A stretch of 64,000 nt of DNA from Puniceicoccaceae bacterium (GTDB taxonomy: Bacteria; Verrucomicrobiota; Verrucomicrobiia; Opitutales; Oceanipulchritudinaceae): NCBI GenBank assembly GCA_040830765.1, contig JBFOMH010000018.1, forward strand, positions 1-64,000, written 5' to 3'. Of the stretch, positions 1-8,554 are shown piece after piece. The notes beneath the pieces are model-generated. The model was not told the DNA's origin, searched no databases, and worked only from the letters and a program-made list of their open reading frames with translations. A program made the translations under genes and the position numbers. The stretch's first letter is position 1; every line of letters starts with the position of its first letter.

Positions 1-129
1 CCAGAAAATAAAAATAATTATTGGGACCAGCGATATCAGTAATACTGAAAGACTACCCATTAAACCGAAGGTTTTTCTAAACTTAGGATTGAATAGTGGA
101 TAGGCTTTGAAAAAGAAATATATATCCAT
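1..129 (-). CDS. Partial AT-rich membrane-protein ORF, probable integron gene cassette (runs off the window)
   Basis: Manual translation from ATG at 129: MDIYFFFKAYPLFNPKFRKTFGLMGSLSVLLISLVPIIIFIFW, open to base 1. About 31% GC, well below the rest of the window. The ATG lies 5 nt after a GTTGGGC (GTTRRRY) core site. Confidence 0.6.
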   Translation of the reverse strand, partial: MDIYFFFKAYPLFNPKFRKTFGLMGSLSVLLISLVPIIIFIFW

Positions 130-134
130 TATCT

Positions 135-182
135 GCCCAACAGTTCAAATGTCCCGACCGGGGGTCAGGGGTGAGGTTATGG
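135..182 (-). other. Cassette junction: GTTRRRY core site with a possible degenerate or truncated attC
   Basis: Minus strand reads CCATAAC-CTCAC-CCCTGACC-CCC-GGTCGGGACATTTGAACT-GTTGGGC: AAC...GTT ends and a small hairpin. It is shorter than a canonical attC and the L boxes do not pair canonically. Confidence 0.4.
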
Positions 183-298
183 TTTTCATGTCGTGATATG
201 GAGGATGGGGGTGGCAAGCTGCCGCCCTTGGTGGAGACGGGCTGCTGCACCTTGGGGGACAAAAGCTGCATGGCGATTCATAACCACCACGAGGAAGG

Positions 299-318
299 GT
301 CTAACGGGCTGATATGCA
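299..318 (-). other. Putative attI recombination site
   Basis: Minus strand TGCATATC-AGCCC-GTTAGAC: a GTTRRRY R box with a degenerate L box 5 bp upstream, about 110 bp upstream of intI and divergent from it. Confidence 0.55.
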
Positions 319-341
319 GATGTCCAAATATTTCACCAGGG

Positions 342-370
342 AATGTAAACTTTTTTAGGGGCGTACCCAA
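342..370 (-). promoter_or_regulatory. Possible cassette promoter (Pc)
   Basis: TTGGGT-N17-TACATT on the minus strand, pointing into the putative attI. Confidence 0.3.
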
Positions 371-425
371 AAATAGCCGATTCGGGGGCTTGGCGGGGAT
401 GGGGAGTGAGTGAAAAGCTGACGAG

Positions 426-1751
426 ATGTCCCGAAAAGAGGAATTGGAAAAGGCGACGACTCAGCGGGTGTGGTTTCCGGGCTGGGTGGAGGCGCTGGAG
501 AGTGTTAATGATAAAAGGGAGCGGGAGTCCCTGCGCATCACGATCCGCTGGTACCTGGGTTGGTGCAAGCGGCTGCAGGTTCCTGTCTGCAAGGGTACCG
601 CACGGCAGTTCCTGGCCCGGGCAAAGGAGGAAAAGTCCCCGAAGGACTGGAATCTGCGGCAATGGGCCAGTGCCCTGCGCTGGTTTTTTGACCGGGCCGC
701 GGAGGAACCGAAGGCAACAGGGGAACAAAAGCGCCCACTGGACAAGCCCCGCGTGCGACCCGATCAGCCGGAAGTCCATGATCCGGTCGAGGCTATCGGC
801 AGCACATGGGAACGCCGCCTGACGCGCACCCTGCGGAGCGAAAACAAGCTGTTGCGGACCGAACAAGCCTACCGGGGATGGCTCAAACGCTTCCTGAAAT
901 GGCTCGGCGGGCGAGACGTGGAGGAGTCCCCGGCCCGCTGGGTGGAGGGCTTCCTCGAGCACCTCGCGGTCAGCGAGCTGGTGGCTCACAGTACACAGCG
1001 GCAGGCCCTCAACGCCCTCGTCTTCTTCTACCAGAAGTCCCTAAATATCGAATTGGGCGATCTCACCTTCAACCGGGCCCGTCGACGTCGGCGCCTGCCG
1101 GTGGTCCTCAGTACCAGCGAGGTCCAGTCGCTCCTCTCGCAAATGCAGGGCACGCCCGCCCTCATGGCCCGACTGGCCTATGGGGGAGGGTTGCGGGTCT
1201 CCGAGCTGGTCCGGCTCCGGGTCAAGGATATCGATGCCGATCGACGCCAGGTCCATATCCGCTCCGGCAAGGGCGACAAGGATCGCCAGACAACCCTCGC
1301 TGAATCCGCCCTCCCCTATCTCAAGGACCATATTCAGCGGCTGCGGGCACTCCATGAAAAGGACCGGCATAAGGAACTCCCGGGCGTCTTTCTGCCGCCC
1401 GCCCTCAATCGCAAATACCCCTCCGCCGGTACCCAGCTCCAATGGCAGTGGCTCTTCCCGACCCGCGATCTCCAGAACGATCCCCGCTCCGGCCTGCGGC
1501 GCCGTCACCATGTCACTACTGGAGCTTTCCAACGAGCCATCTACCGGGCCAACCAGGCCGCCGGGCTGAACAAGCGGGTCACCCCGCACGTCCTGCGCCA
1601 CTCCTTCGCCACGCATCTCCTCGAGAACGGGACCGATATCCGTACCGTCCAGGACCTCCTCGGCCATGCCAAGGTCGAAACCACCCAGATTTATCTCCAC
1701 GTCATGAAAAGGCCGGGCGTCGGGGTTCGCAGCCCCCTCGATCAGCTCTGA
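426..1751 (+). CDS. intI: Integron integrase (tyrosine recombinase) with a ~125-aa N-terminal extension
   Basis: Catalytic motifs GLRVSE, KGDKDR, HVLRHSFATHLL, LLGH and TTQIY. Integron-specific insertion GVFLPPALNRKYPSAG..WQWLFP..DPRSG..RRHH. Confidence 0.95.
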   Translation: MSRKEELEKATTQRVWFPGWVEALESVNDKRERESLRITIRWYLGWCKRLQVPVCKGTARQFLARAKEEKSPKDWNLRQWASALRWFFDRAAEEPKATGEQKRPLDKPRVRPDQPEVHDPVEAIGSTWERRLTRTLRSENKLLRTEQAYRGWLKRFLKWLGGRDVEESPARWVEGFLEHLAVSELVAHSTQRQALNALVFFYQKSLNIELGDLTFNRARRRRRLPVVLSTSEVQSLLSQMQGTPALMARLAYGGGLRVSELVRLRVKDIDADRRQVHIRSGKGDKDRQTTLAESALPYLKDHIQRLRALHEKDRHKELPGVFLPPALNRKYPSAGTQLQWQWLFPTRDLQNDPRSGLRRRHHVTTGAFQRAIYRANQAAGLNKRVTPHVLRHSFATHLLENGTDIRTVQDLLGHAKVETTQIYLHVMKRPGVGVRSPLDQL

Positions 1752-1775
1752 GCCCTTTCCTTCCTCCCGAATAAC

Positions 1776-1798
1776 AAAAAACCCCGCGGTCGCGGGGT
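1776..1798 (-). terminator. Intrinsic terminator between convergent intI and tRNA-Gly
   Basis: ACCCCGC-GGTC-GCGGGGT stem with an adjacent A tract (U tract on the minus strand). Confidence 0.65.
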
Positions 1799-1851
1799 CT
1801 GAAAAAGGATGGCTTGCCATGCGTAGCCCCGAACGAAGTGAGGGGCGAAGC

Positions 1852-1928
<77 letters not shown>

Positions 1929-2017
1929 CTATAGAAGATAGGAAAACCTGCTCCCTTTACCGCCCATGTCAACCCCGTTTTCGGGGAAAATTCAATCAGC
2001 TTCCATCCACCCATGCC

Positions 2018-2422
2018 TTACAAGTCCTCTTCGAGAACACGTGCCATCATCGTGATCGAAACAACGGTCACTCCTTCCAGCGTCTTTCCATACAAATGTC
2101 CAAAATGCCGCTTGTCCCCAGTGACAAGGTAATCACAACCGCTCGCCATTGCCCCTGCCAAGATTGGCTGGTCCTTTGGCTCTACTTGCAGGTCAGGATG
2201 CTCGTGGACAGACCTCAATATCCGGATTCGCCTGGCCAGGCCCAAATAGGCTGCTTCCCGGTGAGTCTGCTTGATCCGGATGTTCCTCAACACCTCCTCA
2301 TGGGCATAGGCTGACGTAATGACTTCGTGCCTTCCGATCAGCCGCTCAACCAGGCGACTGGCCTGACTCCCCTCCAACCCAGCAGAAAACAAGATGTTGG
2401 CATCGAGAAATATCCTCATCAA
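2018..2422 (-). CDS. PIN-domain (VapC-like) toxin
   Basis: N-terminal IFLDANILFS; D..ILA.A...CDYLVTGDKRHF motif; overlaps the upstream antitoxin gene. Confidence 0.9.
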   Translation of the reverse strand: MMRIFLDANILFSAGLEGSQASRLVERLIGRHEVITSAYAHEEVLRNIRIKQTHREAAYLGLARRIRILRSVHEHPDLQVEPKDQPILAGAMASGCDYLVTGDKRHFGHLYGKTLEGVTVVSITMMARVLEEDL

Positions 2423-2673
2423 TCGGAGTTTCGGTTTTCCTTGGCTTCTATCCGGTCGAGTATCTTTCCGAGCTCCTCCTCATCTTCCAGAAATTCCGCA
2501 ATTCGCTCCTCCGTGTAGATCTCAATTGGCATGCTTACCAGTGGACGCAGCAACAGACCCTCGGGTGTTTCCTCGACCAGGATATCGTCCGATTCCTCCA
2601 GCCGGTACTTCTTCCGCAGCCGGCTGGGCAAGGTGATCACGCCCCGCTTTCCTATCTTGACCTTTTCGCTCAT
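2419..2673 (-). CDS. AbrB/MazE/SpoVT-family antitoxin
   Basis: KIGKRGVITLPSRLRKKYRL swapped-hairpin motif and acidic C-terminus. Confidence 0.9.
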   Translation of the reverse strand: MSEKVKIGKRGVITLPSRLRKKYRLEESDDILVEETPEGLLLRPLVSMPIEIYTEERIAEFLEDEEELGKILDRIEAKENRNSD

Positions 2674-2679
2674 CCTTCT

Positions 2680-2708
2680 GAATTACTGAATTTCAGTAAT
2701 TCTGTCAA
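2680..2708 (-). promoter_or_regulatory. Toxin-antitoxin promoter with palindromic operator
   Basis: Perfect inverted repeat GAATTACTGAA-T-TTCAGTAATTC (2680-2702) immediately downstream of TTGACA (2703-2708, minus strand). Confidence 0.75.
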
Positions 2709-2720
2709 GAATGACCACTT

Positions 2721-4019
2721 TCAATCCTGCAGCATCTGCTCACCAACGGGTGCTTCGTGGTAGAGGGCCTCCATGATTTCCCCGATGAGGTAAATGGAGC
2801 CAGTGGCGACAAGATCCTGACCGGCCAGTCCGGCCTGGCAGATACCGGGTGCCGGAAACAGCTCCCGCACCGTGCTGCGGTGGATGGGTCCCTCGAATGT
2901 TGATGGCAATTCGGAGGCCAGTTCCTCAAAGCCACAGGCTCGTGGCTGATGGGGCTGCAAAAAGTGAATCTCGGAGGCATAGCGCGCCACCACGGGAATC
3001 AAGGCCCGGGCCCGGCCAAGGCCCAGGGTTCCGGCAAGGATGGTCGGCTTATAGCCCTTCTCCCGGACGAAAGCCTGGAGATTTCGCTCAAGATGGAGCG
3101 CTCCTTCCGGATTGTGGGTCGCATCAAGGACAATCCCCCGGTCGACCAGTTGGTGCCGTTCCCAGCGGCCCGCCCAGTTGACATGCGCGAGGCCGTCCCG
3201 GATGTGGGCCTCAGTGAGGCTGAAAGTGTCTCCCAGGACCCGTGCCGCAAGGGCCGCCGTGGCTGCGTTGCGCCGCTGGTAATCCCCCGGCAGGCTGGTT
3301 TCCGGAAATCGCGCCTCATCCGCCCCAAAGGCGTCCTTGACCTTGTGCAACGGGCAGCCGCGTTCTTGTGCGATCCGCTCAATGACCGCTTCCGCCTCTG
3401 CCGGGAGGAGGCCCATCACCACAAGCTTCCCGGGCTTGATAATGCCGCCCTTTTCCTCCGCAATCGCTGCCAGGGTGTCTCCAAGGATTTCCGTGTGATC
3501 GAGGCTGATGGAGGTGATAATCGACAATTCCGGCTCAACGACATTGGTGGCGTCAAGGCGGCCGCCCAGGCCGGTCTCAATGATCCCGATGTCCACTTTC
3601 GCCTCAGCAAAGCGCAGGAAGGCCATGCCGGTCATGAATTCGAAAAAGCTCGGGTAATGGTCCGTCTTCTCCCGCTCAATGGCCTCCGCCATCGGCTTCA
3701 GGCGCCGGGTATAGTCGACAATGGCCTCCCGGCTGAGAATTTGCCGGTCCACCTGCACCCGCTCCCCCTGGTGGACAAGATGCGGTGAGGTAAACAGTCC
3801 TGTCCGGTGACCAGCGGCCCGAAATATCGCCTCCAACATGGCACAGGTTGAGCCCTTGCCGTTCGTCCCGGCAACATGGACAATGGGGTAGGCGCGTTCG
3901 GGATGGCCCATGTGGCGGACAAATTCCCGCATTCGGTCGATGCCATAAAGTGCCCCGCGATGCTTCAGGCCGTAGAGAAACGACCTGACTTCCTCGTAAC
4001 TCTGCAAAGGATTGTCCAT
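2721..4019 (-). CDS. folC: Folylpolyglutamate synthase/dihydrofolate synthase
   Basis: HVAGTNGKGST, FTSPHL, ETGLGGRLDATN and WAGRWE motifs. Confidence 0.95.
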   Translation of the reverse strand: MDNPLQSYEEVRSFLYGLKHRGALYGIDRMREFVRHMGHPERAYPIVHVAGTNGKGSTCAMLEAIFRAAGHRTGLFTSPHLVHQGERVQVDRQILSREAIVDYTRRLKPMAEAIEREKTDHYPSFFEFMTGMAFLRFAEAKVDIGIIETGLGGRLDATNVVEPELSIITSISLDHTEILGDTLAAIAEEKGGIIKPGKLVVMGLLPAEAEAVIERIAQERGCPLHKVKDAFGADEARFPETSLPGDYQRRNAATAALAARVLGDTFSLTEAHIRDGLAHVNWAGRWERHQLVDRGIVLDATHNPEGALHLERNLQAFVREKGYKPTILAGTLGLGRARALIPVVARYASEIHFLQPHQPRACGFEELASELPSTFEGPIHRSTVRELFPAPGICQAGLAGQDLVATGSIYLIGEIMEALYHEAPVGEQMLQD

Positions 4020-4046
4020 GAGGGGGATAGGGAAATATTCCCTGCC

Positions 4047-4922
4047 CTAGGCGCTGGATTCCTCAGTCTCCGGGGCCTTTTTCAGGAAGAGGACATGCAG
4101 GAAATAGATGATCCGGTCCCGCATTTCCAGCCGAGGGACAATCTGGTCAATCAGGCCACGCTCGAGCAGGAACTCCGAACGCTGGAAGCCGGCCGGCAGC
4201 TCCTCGTTGGTCCCTTCCTTAATCACCCGCGGGCCAGCAAAGCAAATCAGCGCTTCCGGTTCCGCCAGGATGAGGTCGCCAAGAGTGGCGAAGCTGGCGG
4301 TTACCCCGCCCGTGGTCGGGTTGGTCAAAATGGCGAAAAATGGCAGTCCAGCGTCCTTCAGCTTGGCCAGGGCGGCACTGGTCTTGGCCATCTGCATTAG
4401 GCTGTAGATGCCCTCCTGCATGCGCGCCCCGCCCGAGGCACAGACCACGATCGCCGGGCACTTTTTCTCAATGGCCCGTTCAATCGCCCGGGTGATCTTC
4501 TCCCCGACAACGGAACCCATCGAAGCGCCGCCGAAGCGGAAATCCATCACCGCAAGGCTCACCGGGATGCCACCCATCTCGCCGGTCCCGCAAATGACCG
4601 CGTCCTTGAGGCCGGTCTTTTGCTTGTAGGTTTCCAGCCGGTCGGCGTAGGCCTTGGTGTCCTTGAATTTGAGCAAGTCCTTGGACTCCAGCTCTTTGTC
4701 AAATTCTTCCCAGGTCCCCTCGTCAATAAACGACTCAATCCGCTTGTCCGCGTTGAGGGGGAAGTGATAGCCGCTCTTCGGCACCACGTTGAGGTTTTTC
4801 TCCAACTCCTTGGTGTAGACCAATTCGCCCGATTTCGGGCAACGGGTGTAGAGATCCTTGGGAATATCCTTCTTCTTCAGAGGGGATATGGTCGAGTATT
4901 TCGGTTTGGAAAAAAATGGCAT
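4047..4922 (-). CDS. accD: Acetyl-CoA carboxylase carboxyltransferase beta subunit
   Basis: [36 protein letters not shown]; start chosen at MPFFSKP. Confidence 0.95.
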   Translation of the reverse strand: MPFFSKPKYSTISPLKKKDIPKDLYTRCPKSGELVYTKELEKNLNVVPKSGYHFPLNADKRIESFIDEGTWEEFDKELESKDLLKFKDTKAYADRLETYKQKTGLKDAVICGTGEMGGIPVSLAVMDFRFGGASMGSVVGEKITRAIERAIEKKCPAIVVCASGGARMQEGIYSLMQMAKTSAALAKLKDAGLPFFAILTNPTTGGVTASFATLGDLILAEPEALICFAGPRVIKEGTNEELPAGFQRSEFLLERGLIDQIVPRLEMRDRIIYFLHVLFLKKAPETEESSA

Positions 4923-4954
4923 ACCGTCTCCAAGTATTAAGCGCTCAGCTAAAC

Positions 4955-5698
4955 TCAACCATGGGCGAGGGTAAAGGCTGAAATACGACCCTCGCTCCCC
5001 TCTCCCAGCGCCGTCACGGCTGCGCTCAGGGTCGCCCCAGTCGTCAGGACGTCATCCACGACCACTATCCGCCGCCCGGAAGCCGGTTCATGGACGCGTT
5101 TAAAGGCCCCGTGGGTGTTCCGGATCCGCTCCTCGCGGCTGAGGAAGGTCTGGGTCGGCGTTTTCCGGACCCGGACAAGACAATCAGAAACCTTCGTGGA
5201 CGGAAAGGCCTGCTGGATTGCAGCCGCGATAACCGCCGCCTGATTGAATCCCCGCCGGCGGTGCTTTTTCCGGTGCAGGGGTACGGGAACGATGCAGGCA
5301 TCGCCAAAATAGGCCTCCCAAGTCCCTTCCTCCCGCAGCAGGAGGGCGATTTCATCCCGCAACCAGAGACCATCCTCGTACTTCAAGGCATGCACAATAC
5401 GGGCGCCGGTTGCTTCAAACAGAAACAGGGAACGGCATTGCTCAAAGGCGGGGCGCTGCCCCGTGCAGACCGGACAAGCTCCCTCCTCGGCCAGTTTGCC
5501 GTAAAATGGTGCCCCGCAGCACCGGCAGTAGGGTTCGCGGATCCAGGCAATCCGCAACCGGCACGCTTCACAGGTGTAGCCGCCCCGGGGATCGTCGAGA
5601 TATATCCCGCAACTCACACAAGTCCGGGGATAAACCCATTCAAGACAAGTTCCCCAGGCCCACCTGGCCGCGCTTTTGGTGTTTTCCCAGCTCAACAT
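4955..5698 (-). CDS. comF: ComF-family phosphoribosyltransferase-like protein with double zinc ribbon
   Basis: CxxC pairs, [26 protein letters not shown]; start uncertain. Confidence 0.85.
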   Translation of the reverse strand: MLSWENTKSAARWAWGTCLEWVYPRTCVSCGIYLDDPRGGYTCEACRLRIAWIREPYCRCCGAPFYGKLAEEGACPVCTGQRPAFEQCRSLFLFEATGARIVHALKYEDGLWLRDEIALLLREEGTWEAYFGDACIVPVPLHRKKHRRRGFNQAAVIAAAIQQAFPSTKVSDCLVRVRKTPTQTFLSREERIRNTHGAFKRVHEPASGRRIVVVDDVLTTGATLSAAVTALGEGSEGRISAFTLAHG

Positions 5699-6638
5699 AG
5701 AGGACAATCGCAATGACCGCCAATATGATGAGGGAGGCATAGCCATCGACAATCCGCTGGGATCCCCAAATTTGGGTAGAGGCTGTATCGTTGACTTCCA
5801 CCAGTTTCGTCCAGGTGTTGCGCACCAAAACCCAGCCGGCATGCAGGCCCATGCAACCGACCAGCGAACCGGTCCGCAGAAAGACAAGGTTCAATACTAC
5901 CCCGGCAAGGAAGAGATTGAGAAAATCCACCAGCTCCACGGTCAGGAAAACACTCACGGACTGGTAACCGGCGACAAGGAATCCGGAATACCACTCGAAC
6001 GGCATTCCAATTTCCCGGGGCACGCTCTTGAAGTGGACCGCCGCAAAAATTGCGGCACTCAAAAGAATTGCCGGCAATGGCTTCACTGCCGTGTAGAACA
6101 TCCGCAATACCATTCCCCGGAAGATCGCTTCCTCCAGCCAGCCGATGACTAGTCCACCGGCCAACGCCGCCAGGACGACCTCAAGTGCCCGCCTGTAGGC
6201 AAAGGGCTCCTTGAGGACGGGATCCATGAAAAAGGACTGCAACAACACCACCGAGAAGAGCGATCCTACCCCGACAAGAAAGTATCCGGCGAGTGACTTC
6301 AGCCCACTCCCGCCCCAGTAATAGCCAAACCGTCCCCACATCCCGCAGGCCCGGATTAGCCAGACCAGCGCGATCGCCGCAAAGAGCAGGCGTACCCGGT
6401 CGACGTATTTGGAGATCGGCTTTGATTGCAGGTAAGCAACCAGGGCCTCCGGATCGGCCGGGGTCTGCATTCCCTGTATCCAGAAATAAATGACAGGGGC
6501 CAGCACCGCCGCCGCAAGGAAGGCACCGAAGTAAGTCAGCAGGAACCACTTGGCTCCGCGCCAGCTGTAATGCTCAATCCCCTCGCCAAAGAGGATGAAT
6601 CCCGGCTCTCTCCGCAATCCCATGCCCGGCCATTTCAA
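5640..6638 (-). CDS. CPBP (Abi/CAAX) family intramembrane metalloprotease
   Basis: EEAIFRG, FAAVH and LHAGW motifs; multiple TM segments. Confidence 0.85.
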   Translation of the reverse strand: MKWPGMGLRREPGFILFGEGIEHYSWRGAKWFLLTYFGAFLAAAVLAPVIYFWIQGMQTPADPEALVAYLQSKPISKYVDRVRLLFAAIALVWLIRACGMWGRFGYYWGGSGLKSLAGYFLVGVGSLFSVVLLQSFFMDPVLKEPFAYRRALEVVLAALAGGLVIGWLEEAIFRGMVLRMFYTAVKPLPAILLSAAIFAAVHFKSVPREIGMPFEWYSGFLVAGYQSVSVFLTVELVDFLNLFLAGVVLNLVFLRTGSLVGCMGLHAGWVLVRNTWTKLVEVNDTASTQIWGSQRIVDGYASLIILAVIAIVLYVELGKHQKRGQVGLGNLS

Positions 6639-6674
6639 ACATCCCCCGCCCCGCTGGCAATATTCAAAATCATT

Positions 6675-6856
6675 GGACTACAGGCGTCTCGCCTTTAGGC
6701 AAAACCCAAGGAACCCTCGGCACGATGTTCAGGCCGGAGGCCTGCACTCCATCGGACTACAGGCGTCTCGCCTGTAGGCACACATCAAGGAACCCTCGGC
6801 GCAATGTACAGGCCGGAGGCCTGTACTCCATTGGACTACAGGCGTCTCGCCTGTAG
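6675..6856. repeat. BIME-like array of alternating REP-like palindromes, 79-bp period
   Basis: GGACTACAGGCGTCTCGCCT(G/T)TAG at 6675, 6754 and 6833, alternating with inverted CAGGCCGGAGGCCTG(T/C)ACTCC and conserved CAAGGAACCCTCGGC linkers. Confidence 0.85.
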
Positions 6857-6878
6857 CCGCACCCCCCACACCTCACTC

Positions 6879-7556
6879 TCACGGACGCGGGATCACCCGG
6901 TGCCGGCCTTCCGGGATGGCCAGTTTGTCCGCCGGCAAATACCCGCTGAAGGGCATGCTGATCACCGCCGCCCGGCGGCCGAGGATCGTCCCCGGTTGCA
7001 GGACGCTGTTACAGCCCGCCTCGGAACCGTCACCCATGAAGGCACCAACCTTGCGCAAGCCCGTCTTGTAGCGCTGGCCCTCCAACCGGATGACCACTTC
7101 ATCCCGGGCCAACCTCAGGTTGGCACAAATGGCCCCAGCGCCCAGGTGGGCCTTGTTGCCGAGGATGCTGTCTCCGACATAATTGTAGTGGGGCGTCTCC
7201 ACGTTTTCCATCAAGAGACAGTTCTTGTACTCGCAGGCATTGCCAAGGACCGAACCGGCTCCCGCGATGACATTGCCGCGGATAAAGGCTCCCGGACGAA
7301 TCTGCACATTCTCGCCGATCCACACCGGTCCCTTGATGACACAATAGGGCGGCAGCTCCACGCTCGGGTGGATGTAAACCGGTCCCTCAACATGAACCCC
7401 GGGAGGGAGATCCGTCAGCCCGCCAGCCTTGGTGAAATCGAATTCCTTGAGAGCCTGGCCAATTACGGGAAGCCACTCCCACGGAAGGGCATCCCCGTCA
7501 AAATAATCCCCGAAGGGAATGCTTTCCGGCCAGTCAAACAACTCGCGTGCCTTCAT
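6879..7556 (-). CDS. Hexapeptide-repeat (LbH) acyltransferase, GlmU C-terminal-like
   Basis: Hexapeptide repeats, PHYNYVGDSILG and GAGAICANLR; no nucleotidyltransferase domain. Confidence 0.8.
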   Translation of the reverse strand: MKARELFDWPESIPFGDYFDGDALPWEWLPVIGQALKEFDFTKAGGLTDLPPGVHVEGPVYIHPSVELPPYCVIKGPVWIGENVQIRPGAFIRGNVIAGAGSVLGNACEYKNCLLMENVETPHYNYVGDSILGNKAHLGAGAICANLRLARDEVVIRLEGQRYKTGLRKVGAFMGDGSEAGCNSVLQPGTILGRRAAVISMPFSGYLPADKLAIPEGRHRVIPRP

Positions 7557-7588
7557 GGATGCCAGCCTTTCTGATTCATCGCTCCCGG

Positions 7589-8548
7589 TCAACGGCTTTC
7601 ATCGCGCGGTGAACCCGCCTCCAGTCCCTCGATGACCTGGCGGAAGTCCTCCGGCAGGGCTGCCTCCAGTTCCATGAGCTCGCCACTAATCGGATGCGTG
7701 AATTTCAGCTGCGCCGCATGCAGCATGACGCGCGGGATGTCCGGCAGGTCGACTTTCGGCACCTTCCGGAAACCGTAAAGCGCATCCCCGAGGACCGGAT
7801 GGCCGATGTGCTTCATGTGGACCCGGATTTGATGGGTCCGGCCGGTATGGATTTGCAGGCTCAAGAGGGAGGTGCCTGTCCAAGCCTGTTTAACGGTGTA
7901 ATCGGTGACAGCGTGGCGACCCTCCGGACGTACAGCCATCCGCAACCGGTTGACGGGATGACGCCCGATCGGTTCGTCGACCCGGCCTTCTGCCGGTTCA
8001 GGCACTCCATGTACCAATGCTGTATAGAACTTCTCGATACTGCGGCTGGAAAACTGCTCCGCCAGCGACTGGAAGGCAGCGTCGCTCTTGGCCACCAGCA
8101 GCAGGCCGCTGGTCTCCTTGTCCAGCCGGTGAACGATCCCTGGTCGCTCCTTGCCACCAATGCCGCTCAGTTGTCCCTGGCAATGGTGCAGGATTCCATG
8201 GACCAGCGTGTCCTCGCCAGTCCCCGCTCCGGGATGCACTACCCTGCCCGGTTCCTTGTCAATGACCAGCAGGTCGGCATCCTCATGGACAACCGTCAGG
8301 TCCATCTCCACTGGACGCAGCTCCAGCGGCTCCACCGGTGGTATCGAAATATCAACGACATCCCCCGCCCGCAGCCGTGTCTTCTGGGACAACACCCGTT
8401 CGTCCTGCCACACCCGGCCATCCTGGAAGAGCTTTTGCCAGCGCGAACGACTGTAGGCGGGATAGAGGCGAGCCAGCATCTTGTCGGCCCGGTCGGACCG
8501 TGCATCCTCCGGCACCGTCAGCTGCAGCTCTTCCTCCCCGCCAGCCAT
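7589..8548 (-). CDS. rluD: RluA/RluD-family pseudouridine synthase with S4 domain
   Basis: GIVHRLDKETSG, TGRTHQIRVH and LHA motifs; N-terminal S4. Confidence 0.9.
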   Translation of the reverse strand: MAGGEEELQLTVPEDARSDRADKMLARLYPAYSRSRWQKLFQDGRVWQDERVLSQKTRLRAGDVVDISIPPVEPLELRPVEMDLTVVHEDADLLVIDKEPGRVVHPGAGTGEDTLVHGILHHCQGQLSGIGGKERPGIVHRLDKETSGLLLVAKSDAAFQSLAEQFSSRSIEKFYTALVHGVPEPAEGRVDEPIGRHPVNRLRMAVRPEGRHAVTDYTVKQAWTGTSLLSLQIHTGRTHQIRVHMKHIGHPVLGDALYGFRKVPKVDLPDIPRVMLHAAQLKFTHPISGELMELEAALPEDFRQVIEGLEAGSPRDESR

Positions 8549-8554
8549 TGTTCC

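Noticed and set aside
83..271. 62-aa minus-strand ORF upstream of intI
   Set aside because: It crosses the GTTGGGC junction and the GC/AT boundary and overlaps the better AT-rich ORF out of frame.
426..1751. Prophage or ICE integrase at tRNA-Gly
   Set aside because: It carries the integron-specific insertion, and no phage or conjugation genes are present.
6675..6856. Regularly spaced palindromic repeats as a CRISPR array
   Set aside because: The spacers are near-identical to each other and contain a second palindrome; no cas genes are in the window.
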